Below, one piece after another: positions 45,885-54,641 of a stretch of DNA of 64,000 nt. The DNA is taken from positions 712 through 64,711 of IMG/VR virus record IMGVR_UViG_3300033075_000708, one strand, 5' to 3'. The notes under the pieces were generated by a model. That model searched no databases. It was not told the DNA's origin and was given only the letters and a program-made list of their open reading frames with translations. Source of the stretch: a virus (taxonomy: Duplodnaviria > Caudoviricetes). The position numbers and the translations under genes were made by a program. Each line of letters begins with the position of its first letter. Position 1 is the stretch's first letter.

Positions 45885-46382
45885 ATGAGTGAACGCATCA
45901 AGAAGAACTACCGCTGTCTCATGATCAAGACGCCTGAGAAGCGGAAGTACTTCACCTACGAGAAGAACTTCAACACCCTCATCGAGTTCAGTCGCATGTT
46001 CCAGGCCGAGATTTCGGTGGTGAGGGTCCGCGAGGCAGAGATCCTCGACCTACCCGAACTGGTGCCCGCGTTGTGCGACACCAACTACCAGCCGAGGCTG
46101 TCGAACTACAGAGTCCTCGGAGTCAAAGTCCAGAACCGCCCCGACCGCACCTCTTCCCGCAACAACGCCCGCCTCATCCGCGACTACATCCGCGACAACC
46201 TGCTCAAAGGTCGAACCGTCTGCCTCAGGTCGCTCTCCGACCGCTTCAACGACCTCGGCCTGTCCACCACTTCCCTGGCAAACCAGTTTCGTAGGGTGAG
46301 GGACGACCTCGCGGGACAGGGCTACGTCCTGGGACGCGAGCGTGGGGGCGTCTACAGCGTCCTGAGAGGGGTGGGTGCCTAA
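45885..46382 (+). CDS. Hypothetical protein, possible C-terminal winged helix
   Basis: AGGAGG SD; TACAAT at 45861. Confidence 0.65.
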   Translation: MSERIKKNYRCLMIKTPEKRKYFTYEKNFNTLIEFSRMFQAEISVVRVREAEILDLPELVPALCDTNYQPRLSNYRVLGVKVQNRPDRTSSRNNARLIRDYIRDNLLKGRTVCLRSLSDRFNDLGLSTTSLANQFRRVRDDLAGQGYVLGRERGGVYSVLRGVGA

Positions 46383-46603
46383 TGGGCGTGATGATGCACG
46401 ACTGCAAACACCCTATCACCGGGAGGCGGTGTCGGCTCCACTTCGACACCGCCACCAACAAGTGGTACACCGAGGACGGCATCGGTATCGATGAGAAGAA
46501 CATCGAGCGGATGGACGACGGCAAGGGTGTCGCCGGCTTCGTCGTGTTCGCGGTGCTGGTAGCCATCATCGCGGGCTTCGCCTACGAACTGTTCTTCAAA
46601 TGA
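46382..46603 (+). CDS. Small membrane protein
   Basis: TAATG overlap; C-terminal hydrophobic helix. Confidence 0.65.
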   Translation: MGVMMHDCKHPITGRRCRLHFDTATNKWYTEDGIGIDEKNIERMDDGKGVAGFVVFAVLVAIIAGFAYELFFK

Positions 46604-46605
46604 CG

Positions 46606-46640
46606 AAGAGGGGCGGTCTTAGACCGCCCCTCTTGCTTTC
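46606..46640. terminator. Hairpin between convergent genes
   Basis: AAGAGGGGCGGTCT / AGACCGCCCCTCTT. Confidence 0.75.
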
Positions 46641-47877
46641 AGCCCTGCTCCTCGTTCTTCCTCGCCAGTTCGTCCGGCGACAGTTCGTCGTCGCTCAGTT
46701 CGTCCTTGTCGTCCTTCTCGACGGTGTCCTCGGAGGCCGAGGTCTGCATCGCGGACATGAACGGCCTGAGGTACTCGGTGATCTCCTCAGCGTCGTCGGC
46801 GTCCACCAGCTTGGGGTTGTCGAGCAGCACGTTGAGGGTGATGGCGTTGGTGCCCTCCGTCCCCTCAAAGACGTAGTCGTCGTCCTTCTTGGAGCGGAAG
46901 TCGGGCAGCACCCTCCACTTGCCCTTGGTGACGGCCTCGATCCGCTCGGTCTGCTTGAGGACGGTCAGCAGGCCACTCAGCGGGTTGATGCCGTTGTCGA
47001 AGAACAGTTGGATGCCCTCGGTCATCATGAACGGGCGGCAGGCCCGGCTCTTGACGTTCTTCACGCAGATGTTCTGGCCGATGTAGGTGCCCAGCCGCTT
47101 GTTCTCGATCTTCTTCTGCTTGTGGACCCGCACGCGGCAGGACGGGTAGTAGTCCACCCAGTTGCCGCCGGTCGTCTCTGGGTTGCCGTACATCACGCCG
47201 ATCTTGGTGCGGATCTGGTTGATGATCAGCAGGGTCGCGTCCGCAGCCTCCATCAGCGGCGTCAGCTTCCTCAGTTCCGCACTGATGACCGCCGACCGTT
47301 CGCCGGGCTGCTTGTTGGAGCCGACGATCTTCTTGAACTCGGCCTGGGTGTAGCCCTCCTTCAACTTCGTCTCGTTGAACTCCCTCTTGGTCGGGGAGGC
47401 GGTGACGGAGTCGTAGAGGAACACCAGTGGCACGCCGGGCTTCTTCTCCTGGCAGTAGCGGATGACGTTGTGGATCTTGGCGAACGCCGCCTCCAGATGC
47501 TCGGGCGTGAAGCGGACGAGCTTGGCGATGTCGATGTGGCTGGCCCTGGCCGCGAACTCGGAGTTCAGGGCGTTCTCGCAGTCGAGTAGCACGCTGATGC
47601 CGCCCAACTTCTGGCAGCCGAACAGGCAGTTCATGCCGACCAGAGACTTGGCCGACGCGGACGGGCCGTAGATTTCGGTGATCCTGCCGCCGGGCAGACC
47701 GCCGTGGATGTAGCGGCCCGAGTTGACGTAGTTGAACGCCAGGTTGCCGGTGTCGATGTAGTAGCGGCTCGGCTTGTGGTTGACGGCCAGTTCGCCGCCG
47801 CCGTGTTCGGCCAGGGCGTTGAAGAAGTCGTCTCCCGGTGCCGCAGCACCCTTGGGCTTCTTGGGTGACTTCGCCAT
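46639..47877 (-). CDS. recA: RecA/UvsX recombinase
   Basis: GGLPGGRITEIYGPSASAKS, LDCENAL, YDSV, INQIR.KIGVMYGNPETTGG. Confidence 0.93.
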   Translation of the reverse strand: MAKSPKKPKGAAAPGDDFFNALAEHGGGELAVNHKPSRYYIDTGNLAFNYVNSGRYIHGGLPGGRITEIYGPSASAKSLVGMNCLFGCQKLGGISVLLDCENALNSEFAARASHIDIAKLVRFTPEHLEAAFAKIHNVIRYCQEKKPGVPLVFLYDSVTASPTKREFNETKLKEGYTQAEFKKIVGSNKQPGERSAVISAELRKLTPLMEAADATLLIINQIRTKIGVMYGNPETTGGNWVDYYPSCRVRVHKQKKIENKRLGTYIGQNICVKNVKSRACRPFMMTEGIQLFFDNGINPLSGLLTVLKQTERIEAVTKGKWRVLPDFRSKKDDDYVFEGTEGTNAITLNVLLDNPKLVDADDAEEITEYLRPFMSAMQTSASEDTVEKDDKDELSDDELSPDELARKNEEQG

Positions 47878-47984
47878 GATGGTTCTCCTCGTTTGGGTTT
47901 GGTTGTGGGACGAAAAACCCCCGCCCAGGGTAGGCTTTCGGGCCATCCTAAGCGGGGGTGCTGTTGGTCAGCCGGGCCGACGAC

Positions 47985-48998
47985 TCAGTCGTCAATCCCG
48001 TCCTTGAGGCTGTTCAGTTCCGCCACGAAGTCGGCGTCGGCCAGGGCTTTGCCGGCGGGGGCGTCGGTCTTCGGCTTCGTGACCTCGACCTGCGTCGGGA
48101 TCGGCTTCGGGGCCACCTGGGTCTGAGCCGCCTGAGCTACGCGGGCCTCGACGGAGGCCGGGGCCGAGCCGCCGTTGACCTTGAACTCGCTCGGGTCGTA
48201 GCCGACCTGCTCGTCCTTGATGATGCCCAGGTGCTTCTTCAGTTCCAGGGCCATCTCCTCGCGGGGGATGAGCTTCCTGAGGCTGTTCAGGTCGTGCAGC
48301 CCCTCCATCCAGGCCGCGACCTGATCGGGGTTGCCGAGGGCCGAGGGGTCTTGGAACTTGGAGTCGTTGTACTCCGGGTAGGCGTCCTTCCCGCTGCCCT
48401 TCATCCGCTTCACGATCTTGAAGTCGCGGCCCGTCTCCGGGTGCGTCACGTCGCCCAGCGGCTTCTCGTCGTTGGCCGGGTCGCCCACGATGGCCCTGAT
48501 GATCCTCTGGTGCAGGGTCTTGCCGATGCTCAGGATCTTCGGGCCGACGTTCTTCTCGACCTCCTGAGTCTTCGGGTTCACCTGATGCCTCACGATGGCG
48601 TTGTAGTAGTACCGCTCGATGGGCTTGATGTCCCTCGCAGCCGCCTGAGTCGCGGCCTGGGCGGCACCCTCCTCCTTCTCGCTCTGCTTCCAGAGGTCGC
48701 CGTAGTACTTGCAGATCACGCACGGCTTGGACAGGTCCGGGTCCACCCACTTGCCGCCGTTCAGGACGCGGGTGCAGTGGATGCTCTTGCCGTTGACGCG
48801 GTGGGTGCGGGTCGCACAGAAGAACTTGCGTCCCTTAGCCGGCGGCAGGAGCCGCACGACCACGAAGCCGTTCCCCTCGGGCATGCGGACGAGATTGTCC
48901 ATGAAGCCCGACTCGCCCTGAGACGCCAGCCGCTTGTCCTCGGCCAGCAGTTCGTCCATGTCGAGGGCGTCCACGCCCTGGTAGTTCACGTTCGCCAT
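47985..48998 (-). CDS. T4 gp32-like single-stranded DNA-binding protein
   Basis: VRLLP, H...C...PCVIC, RYYYNAIV, GRDFKI, YPEYNDSKF, acidic tail. Confidence 0.85.
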   Translation of the reverse strand: MANVNYQGVDALDMDELLAEDKRLASQGESGFMDNLVRMPEGNGFVVVRLLPPAKGRKFFCATRTHRVNGKSIHCTRVLNGGKWVDPDLSKPCVICKYYGDLWKQSEKEEGAAQAATQAAARDIKPIERYYYNAIVRHQVNPKTQEVEKNVGPKILSIGKTLHQRIIRAIVGDPANDEKPLGDVTHPETGRDFKIVKRMKGSGKDAYPEYNDSKFQDPSALGNPDQVAAWMEGLHDLNSLRKLIPREEMALELKKHLGIIKDEQVGYDPSEFKVNGGSAPASVEARVAQAAQTQVAPKPIPTQVEVTKPKTDAPAGKALADADFVAELNSLKDGIDD

Positions 48999-49003
48999 TG
49001 TTG

Positions 49004-49126
49004 CCTCCGTCGATGATGGTTGTTTGTGGTCCCTTGTAGGCCCCTGAGTGACACTCGTCACTCAGTCTTCTAAGGCTGTCCGCCTCAGGTGGGCCAAGTT
49101 GTAAGGGATATCGACGGAGGCCGCAA
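49004..49126 (-). promoter_or_regulatory. SSB leader: putative promoter TTGCGG-N17-TACAAC, a 9-bp hairpin, and an 11-bp anti-SD repeat
   Basis: Hairpin arms 49044-49052 and 49057-49065; inverted pair 49004-49014 and 49110-49120. Confidence 0.55.
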
Positions 49127-49132
49127 TGCCTG

Positions 49133-49858
49133 TTAAGCCCCCTGAGGGACTTTTTCCTGAGGATTTTCACCAGGCTGTTGTTCGGCTTGACAGTCGGTGT
49201 TAGGAACGCACTTGCACTCCGCACTGCCGCCGAACTTCAACTTCCTCTTCAACGCCTGGATGTTGTCGTTCAGGGCGTTGAAAGGGTAGACGCGACCGGG
49301 CGTGGTCTTGGTGCTGGCCTCCTGAAACTTGCCTTTGAACTTGGGCACGTTCTGGTTCTGGTTGACCACGTCGGCCAGCATCTGGTCCGCCTGGGCGGCG
49401 AAAGGAGTTTCGTTCTGAGTCAACGCCTCAGCCGGCGGCTCGCCTGGGTCGTCCCGGTCAGCCTCCTGTGCCTGGAGGGCCTGGGCCTCCTGCATCCTGC
49501 GGTACTCCTCGGCGTACTTGAGTTCGGCGTCATGCTCCTCCTCAAGAGCCTGGAGGATTTCCATGTTGTGCTGGAGCTTCTCCTTGATGTCCGCCGCACG
49601 CTCCTCGTCGGTCCTCGGCTTGTCCTCCTTGGGGATCTGCCTCAGGAGCCTCTGGAGCTTCTCGGACGACTGCCTCGGGGCCTGGCCCATCGCGGCGAGG
49701 CGTTCGTTCTTGGCGATCTTCCTCTCCAAGTCGGCCAGCCTCTTCTCTTCCTTCTTGGCGGCGTCGTGGGCGGCACGACGCTTCGCCATCTTCACCTTCA
49801 CGACCTTGGCCCTCTCCAGGGCCTTCTTGTGCTTCTTCTGACCACTGTCACGGCTCAT
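49133..49858 (-). CDS. Hypothetical coiled-coil protein
   Basis: ATGA overlap; charged helical sequence. Confidence 0.7.
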   Translation of the reverse strand: MSRDSGQKKHKKALERAKVVKVKMAKRRAAHDAAKKEEKRLADLERKIAKNERLAAMGQAPRQSSEKLQRLLRQIPKEDKPRTDEERAADIKEKLQHNMEILQALEEEHDAELKYAEEYRRMQEAQALQAQEADRDDPGEPPAEALTQNETPFAAQADQMLADVVNQNQNVPKFKGKFQEASTKTTPGRVYPFNALNDNIQALKRKLKFGGSAECKCVPNTDCQAEQQPGENPQEKVPQGA

Positions 49859-50640
49859 CGGACACTCCTCCTGCCGGCGGCTGCTCTGATGTCGATCAGT
49901 TCGTCCTTCTGGACGCCCTGACCATAACTGAGTGGGATGTCGTTTTTCCCGCCGGGGCCGGACTCCCAGCCGCCGTCCACCTCGTTGTCGCCGTCGAGCC
50001 TCATGACCGGGACGAAGTACTTGTCGCTGGTCGTGACCTCACGCTTGTTGTCGTCCAGCACCGTGTAGTACATGCTGCCGAGCAGGCCCTTGGGGTCGGC
50101 CATCTCCTTGAACAGCGGGTACTTGCGACCGACCGTAAACTTCAGGCCCTTCTTCTTGGCCTCGTCAAGGTGGGCGTCGGGCTGGAACTCCACGAAGCGG
50201 AGAACCCTGCGGGGCTGGTTCGCCTGGTGCGGGTGTTCGTGGGGCTGCATGTTGCCGGACGGGGTGTGCCTGATTTGCAGGTCGCCGTTGCCGTCCACCA
50301 CCAGGCCGCGTTCCATCGGCATGTGGGCCGGCTCATCGATCACGTCGTGGGCGATCATGTTCCCGCCCTCGTTGTCGAGCAGGAACTTCTTGTTCTTGAT
50401 GACGATGCCGCCCTTAGTCTCGCGGTAGTTCACCACCGACTTCTTGAACTCGTAGACCTTCACGTCCACGACCCAGATGTCGCGGCGGGCCAACTGGGCG
50501 AGGATGTGCTGTGCCACCTTCTCCAGGGGCACGTCCTCAAAGCCCTCACCGACCTTCCGCTTCAGCGACTTTGTCTCGTCCTTGTTGTAGCCGCCCTCTT
50601 CCAACCTTTCGTGGTAGAAATACTCGACTTCAAATGCCAC
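49855..50640 (-). CDS. Hypothetical protein
   Basis: Long ORF with GGAGG SD. Confidence 0.75.
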   Translation of the reverse strand: MAFEVEYFYHERLEEGGYNKDETKSLKRKVGEGFEDVPLEKVAQHILAQLARRDIWVVDVKVYEFKKSVVNYRETKGGIVIKNKKFLLDNEGGNMIAHDVIDEPAHMPMERGLVVDGNGDLQIRHTPSGNMQPHEHPHQANQPRRVLRFVEFQPDAHLDEAKKKGLKFTVGRKYPLFKEMADPKGLLGSMYYTVLDDNKREVTTSDKYFVPVMRLDGDNEVDGGWESGPGGKNDIPLSYGQGVQKDELIDIRAAAGRRSVR

Positions 50641-51087
50641 AGTTGCCTCCCATGTGCTTCCACGCTTTGCCGCCTCTCTTCCTCATGTCGTGCATCCTCA
50701 CGACCTGTTCCTCACTAAGCCTTGCCTGTGAGTGGCTGACGCCTGGTCGGCCAATCCTAGTCTTAGCCTCTGGGAGTGCTTCCTGCCTTTCATGGGGGAA
50801 ACCGGGTTGCTGACGATGTTGTAGCCCTTCTGGTTGTCCAGCGTGTCGAGTGACTCGATCCACACCTTCTCTCTGACGAGCAGGTTGTCGGCAGTCTCCT
50901 CAAGAACCTCCCACTCAAAAGCGGCTTCGCCCCATTTGTCGAAAGCCCTCTGTAGGTGGGGGTTGTCGTGCCGGTGGCACCGTAGGTCCGAGAAGTGCTG
51001 CTTCTTCCTCATCCTGAGTGAAGAGCTACTGCCAACGTAGCTCTTCCCAGTAGGTCCACACCGTATCCTGTAGACTCCTGAATCCAT
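50630..51087 (-). pseudogene. GIY-YIG homing endonuclease with apparent 1-nt deletion at 50772-50774
   Basis: GVY.I...YVGSS, H.N..LQ.A..KWG; adding one C restores KGRKHSPEAKTRIG (NUMOD3-like). Confidence 0.75.
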
Positions 51088-51168
51088 CGCTCCTCCTTCT
51101 GATCTGTTAGTGCAGGCCCGAGCTTGGCCCGCATCCTATTAGGTAGAGCCTCGCCTTCAGGTTTGATA

Positions 51169-51786
51169 TTACCTCTCGATCATCCCCAGGCCGTACCTCG
51201 TATTCAGCCGGTGTTCCTCACGCCCGACCGACTTGGCGAAGTCCCTGAAAGCCCTGTTGGTCGCGTCCCCGTAGTTCAGGTAGTCGGCCACCAGAACGCC
51301 GCCCGGCGACACCTGGCCCCACACGTCGTCCAGGCACCTCCTCAGCCGGTCGTAGCCCAACTCGTCGTTGACCAGAACGAGGTCGTACATCGACTCCCTA
51401 AGGAGATCCTGCCAGGGTTCGTCGTCCCACTTCCCCAGGTAGACCCTGAGGTCGCCCTGGAAGTAGTCCCTGACGTTGGCGGTGGCGAGCTTAGGCGAAT
51501 AGAAGTCCTCGGTCTTGTCCTGAAAAGCCAGCAGCTTCTCGGTGCCCGGCTTGGCCGATAGGTAGGTCCGGCTGCACAGCCCTAGGCGGAAACCGATTTC
51601 AAGGAGGCGGGTGGATCTTAGGAACCTGCCGAGCCAGTAGTAGCTCGGCAGGTAGGACGGGTCGGTGTATGCCGAACTGTGCCGGTCAGTCTCCGCGAGC
51701 AGGCGTACCTTCCTCAGGAAACCGTGCGACGGGAGCTTCTTGTCGAGCTTCTTCTGGATCTCGGAGACTGTCTCCTTCAGCGTCAT
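51169..51786 (-). CDS. Class I SAM methyltransferase (Methyltransf_24-like)
   Basis: LLEIGFRLG, YDLVLVN, PGGVLVADY. Confidence 0.75.
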   Translation of the reverse strand: MTLKETVSEIQKKLDKKLPSHGFLRKVRLLAETDRHSSAYTDPSYLPSYYWLGRFLRSTRLLEIGFRLGLCSRTYLSAKPGTEKLLAFQDKTEDFYSPKLATANVRDYFQGDLRVYLGKWDDEPWQDLLRESMYDLVLVNDELGYDRLRRCLDDVWGQVSPGGVLVADYLNYGDATNRAFRDFAKSVGREEHRLNTRYGLGMIER

Positions 51787-51958
51787 CCCCTAAAGGAGCG
51801 TCGGCAGCCTTCTTCTGCTGCTCCAGCAGCCAGGCTTTGTGCATGAGGCCCCACTTGACGCGGTCGGGGTGGCTGTAGTCGCCGGTGACCATGAAGCTCG
51901 GCATGATGTGCGGGAAGTACGGCATGGCTACCTCAAAAGTGAAGGCCCGCCCTGGCAT
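51686..51958 (-). CDS. Possible small protein
   Basis: Fills the gap but overlaps the downstream gene by about 100 nt. Confidence 0.35.
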   Translation of the reverse strand: MPGRAFTFEVAMPYFPHIMPSFMVTGDYSHPDRVKWGLMHKAWLLEQQKKAADAPLGDDAEGDSLRDPEEARQEAPVARFPEEGTPARGD

Positions 51959-51972
51959 GGGCGGGCCTGTAT

Positions 51973-52167
51973 CTACTCGGGCCGGCAGTCCTTCAACATC
52001 CATGTCTCCTCGGCGTCACCCAGGCGGACCCTGACGGCGTCCGGCTCCTTCAGGAAGCGGTAGGCGAACATGGTCGTGTAGACGTACTCCTCGGCCACGC
52101 CGACCCTGCCGTCCTTCTCGTTGACGACGTTGATCCCCTCGGTCATCAGGTACTCTTTCACCGACAC
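51973..52167 (-). CDS. Small hypothetical protein
   Basis: ORF in operon packing. Confidence 0.5.
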   Translation of the reverse strand: MSVKEYLMTEGINVVNEKDGRVGVAEEYVYTTMFAYRFLKEPDAVRVRLGDAEETWMLKDCRPE

Positions 52168-52168
52168 C

Positions 52169-52534
52169 TCACAGTTGGGGGAACGGGCGGTTGATCTTCG
52201 GGATCGTGATCTTGGCGAAGCGTACCGGACCCTCCTTCTCGTAGCGGGCACGACGCTCCTCGGCCTCTGCTTTCAGCAGAGGCTCCAGGCGTGCGTACAC
52301 GTCCTCCAGATCCGTCCCTTCGTGGAACGGGTTGAGGTCGAGCAGGCGGGAGCAGTCGTTGAGCCAGATGACCCGCTCTTCCTGTTTGTGCCGGACCCAC
52401 TTGACGGGCATGCGGTACTGCCCGTCCTCCCCGATGCCGCCCTTCTCTTCCTTGATGACGATCTCGTTGTCGGGGATGACTTCACGCAGCCCGAAGCCGT
52501 GGAAGAAGTCGTGGATGCGATGCCACTCGGCCAT
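52169..52534 (-). CDS. Hypothetical protein
   Basis: AAGGAG SD. Confidence 0.65.
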   Translation of the reverse strand: MAEWHRIHDFFHGFGLREVIPDNEIVIKEEKGGIGEDGQYRMPVKWVRHKQEERVIWLNDCSRLLDLNPFHEGTDLEDVYARLEPLLKAEAEERRARYEKEGPVRFAKITIPKINRPFPQL

Positions 52535-52536
52535 GA

Positions 52537-52731
52537 TCACTCCTTGGGAGCGAATACGGCGGCGACGAAGAGGCCGGCGAGGACGCCCGCACCGATAAGG
52601 AACCACTTCGTGTCGTTGTCGATGAGAGCCTTGACGAGTACGGTCTTCGGCTCGATGACCTCGCCCACGGTCATGAGTAGATTGCAGTTGTTGCTGATGG
52701 GCGAAGGGGACCAGAGGTTGAGATTGTCCAT
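52537..52731 (-). CDS. Small membrane protein
   Basis: CAGGAG SD; C-terminal hydrophobic helix. Confidence 0.6.
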   Translation of the reverse strand: MDNLNLWSPSPISNNCNLLMTVGEVIEPKTVLVKALIDNDTKWFLIGAGVLAGLFVAAVFAPKE

Positions 52732-52747
52732 TTCGGACTCCTGAGGG

Positions 52748-52785
52748 CAAAAAAAAGGGTGACGCAGGCACACGCCGCGTCACCC
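52748..52785 (-). terminator. Intrinsic terminator
   Basis: GGGTGACGC / GCGTCACCC stem followed by T8. Confidence 0.8.
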
Positions 52786-52989
52786 CCAGGCTTGGCATGC
52801 CTGCTTTGAAGGCCCGCCCGCCCCCTGGCCCGTTGGACCACCCGAGGCTCATGAAAGGCTAAGTCTTCCGCCCCTCGACCCGTTGACCCATCCTCATGAG
52901 CAGGGGCAGCAGGTTAACCGAGGGACCGCCGACAGGGAACGCAGTATGTAGGCGGCAGGCGGGCGATATTGAGGGCGACTTTGACCAAT

Positions 52990-53274
52990 CTACTCGTCCT
53001 CGTCTGGGAGCAGTCTGGAGATGGCCTCGTCCACGATGGCATGCTGGATTGTGCCCATCGGCAGCCTCTCCAGAACGTCGTAGATCAGCATGCTCCCCAG
53101 TTCCTCGTTGGTTAGCCTCTTGAGTCTGGAACTGATCTTCAGCTTCGCCAGCAACCTCTCGGCACCCTGCTCCTGGCGGGGCAGGGCGTCGATGTCCGCC
53201 GGCTCGTATGATTCGCAGTCAAGGGCTATCATGTGAGTCTTGTCCGTCATGTCCGCTAACTCCCAGGGCGTCAT
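52990..53274 (-). CDS. Hypothetical protein
   Basis: ATGA overlap. Confidence 0.6.
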   Translation of the reverse strand: MTPWELADMTDKTHMIALDCESYEPADIDALPRQEQGAERLLAKLKISSRLKRLTNEELGSMLIYDVLERLPMGTIQHAIVDEAISRLLPDEDE

Positions 53275-53678
53275 ACCTTGTCTTCGACGTAAAGAGGCTC
53301 CTTGGTCACGGACTTGCACTCGACGTAACGGGTGCAGACGAGGACCAGCCTGTTGCTCCTGCCAAGCCAGCCGCCCCTGTCACGGTAGGAGCGGCTCACG
53401 ATCCGGTAGCTCTCGACGCAGCCGTCGTTCAGGAGGATCACGTCCCCCAGTTCGGGCGGCTTACCGAGTTGTCCCAGCACCTGGCTGAGGTCAGCTTCTA
53501 CCTCAACCTCGTCCGGGGTGTCGATGCCAAACATCTGCGGCGTGGAGTGCGGGATCGTGTACATGGCCCTGAAGGCGATCCCGCTCTTGTGCAGGCACAC
53601 CTTGCGGCCCATGAGCCTGATCCACAGCCCGTCGAAAAACCGCACGATGGGCCTGATGATGTCTCCGAGGTTGATCAC
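53271..53678 (-). CDS. Hypothetical protein
   Basis: GTGA overlap. Confidence 0.65.
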   Translation of the reverse strand: MINLGDIIRPIVRFFDGLWIRLMGRKVCLHKSGIAFRAMYTIPHSTPQMFGIDTPDEVEVEADLSQVLGQLGKPPELGDVILLNDGCVESYRIVSRSYRDRGGWLGRSNRLVLVCTRYVECKSVTKEPLYVEDKV

Positions 53679-54058
53679 GCTGCCTTCTTTCTTGGGATGA
53701 GTTGCCTGTGGCAGCGGCGGCAGGGGACATGCTCCAAGATGTCCTCGCGGTGTCTTCTGCCCAGTTCATCCTCATCAGAGAAGTCCTCGATGAACTCTCG
53801 GATGCAGCACTCCGGGTAGCCGTAGTAGTAACCCCTCATCGCCAGGGTTACCATCCAGTTCCTGGCCCTCTCGCTCATCTCCCGGCCACTGGGAGGCTTC
53901 TCGTCATCGGGCGTGTCCTTGATGATCTCGCTCTGGAACTGGTAGAGGACCGAGGGGTACTGCTGGAGGATCTCATGGACCAACTCCTCTGCCTGAGGGA
54001 TGAAGTCCTCCTCCTCGATCCCGTTCCACCAGAACGAGAACCACCGCGTGAATGTCAT
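53675..54058 (-). CDS. Hypothetical protein
   Basis: GYYYGYPECC; ATGA overlap. Confidence 0.65.
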   Translation of the reverse strand: MTFTRWFSFWWNGIEEEDFIPQAEELVHEILQQYPSVLYQFQSEIIKDTPDDEKPPSGREMSERARNWMVTLAMRGYYYGYPECCIREFIEDFSDEDELGRRHREDILEHVPCRRCHRQLIPRKKAA

Positions 54059-54639
54059 CGGTCGCTCCCCCAGGGCCTCAGGTTGCGTTCGTAGAGGATG
54101 TAGTTCAGGGGGCCGTACCTGCCCCCGATCTTCAGGCTCCGCTTCTCAGCCGCTCTGACCTCGTCCCTGGTAGCCCAGCCGATGATGACGACCTCCACGT
54201 CCTTGCTCATGTCGGCCTTCTCGTTGATGTAGCACAGGACGTAGGCGTCGATCTCCTCCGAGAAGTGTTCGACCTCCACCCTGAGGTAGGGATCGCTCGG
54301 GTAGGTCGTTGTCTTCACCCCCAGGTTCTTACCCTTCAGGGTGATGTCGATGCCCTCGTCGCCGTGGGAGTCGAAGATCCTCTCATCGATGCCCTGGCCG
54401 GTGACATAGGCCACAGCCGCCTCACCGAGAATGCCCAGGTTGTGGGCCTCGACGCCACCCAGTTTGCCGCCGTAGGTCATGGCACCGAAAGACGCCTCCT
54501 TGCGATTCCTGGCCTTGGCCGTCGCCAGGGCGTGGGCCACCTTGTCGGCTGGCAGCACCACCTTGACGCGGCGGGCGACGAGCGTCTCATCCTCATCCAG
54601 CCTGGCGAAAAAGTCAGCCGCGAAACTTTGTGTGGACAT
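54055..54639 (-). CDS. PD-(D/E)XK nuclease-like protein
   Basis: GILGEAAV...GDEGIDI.....GVKT. Confidence 0.6.
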   Translation of the reverse strand: MSTQSFAADFFARLDEDETLVARRVKVVLPADKVAHALATAKARNRKEASFGAMTYGGKLGGVEAHNLGILGEAAVAYVTGQGIDERIFDSHGDEGIDITLKGKNLGVKTTTYPSDPYLRVEVEHFSEEIDAYVLCYINEKADMSKDVEVVIIGWATRDEVRAAEKRSLKIGGRYGPLNYILYERNLRPWGSDR

Positions 54640-54641
54640 GG

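Noticed and set aside
2448-49016. Long plus-strand ORFs (2448-4463, 7766-9166, 10477-12006, 46600-47589, 47958-49016 and similar)
   Set aside because: Antisense shadows of well-supported minus-strand genes, expected with GC-rich codon bias; no motifs
600-51975. Genome-wide TAG reassignment (genetic code 15)
   Set aside because: TAG works as an ordinary stop at 21129, 27301 and 51973, and long conserved genes have no internal TAG; the few odd ambers are better explained locally
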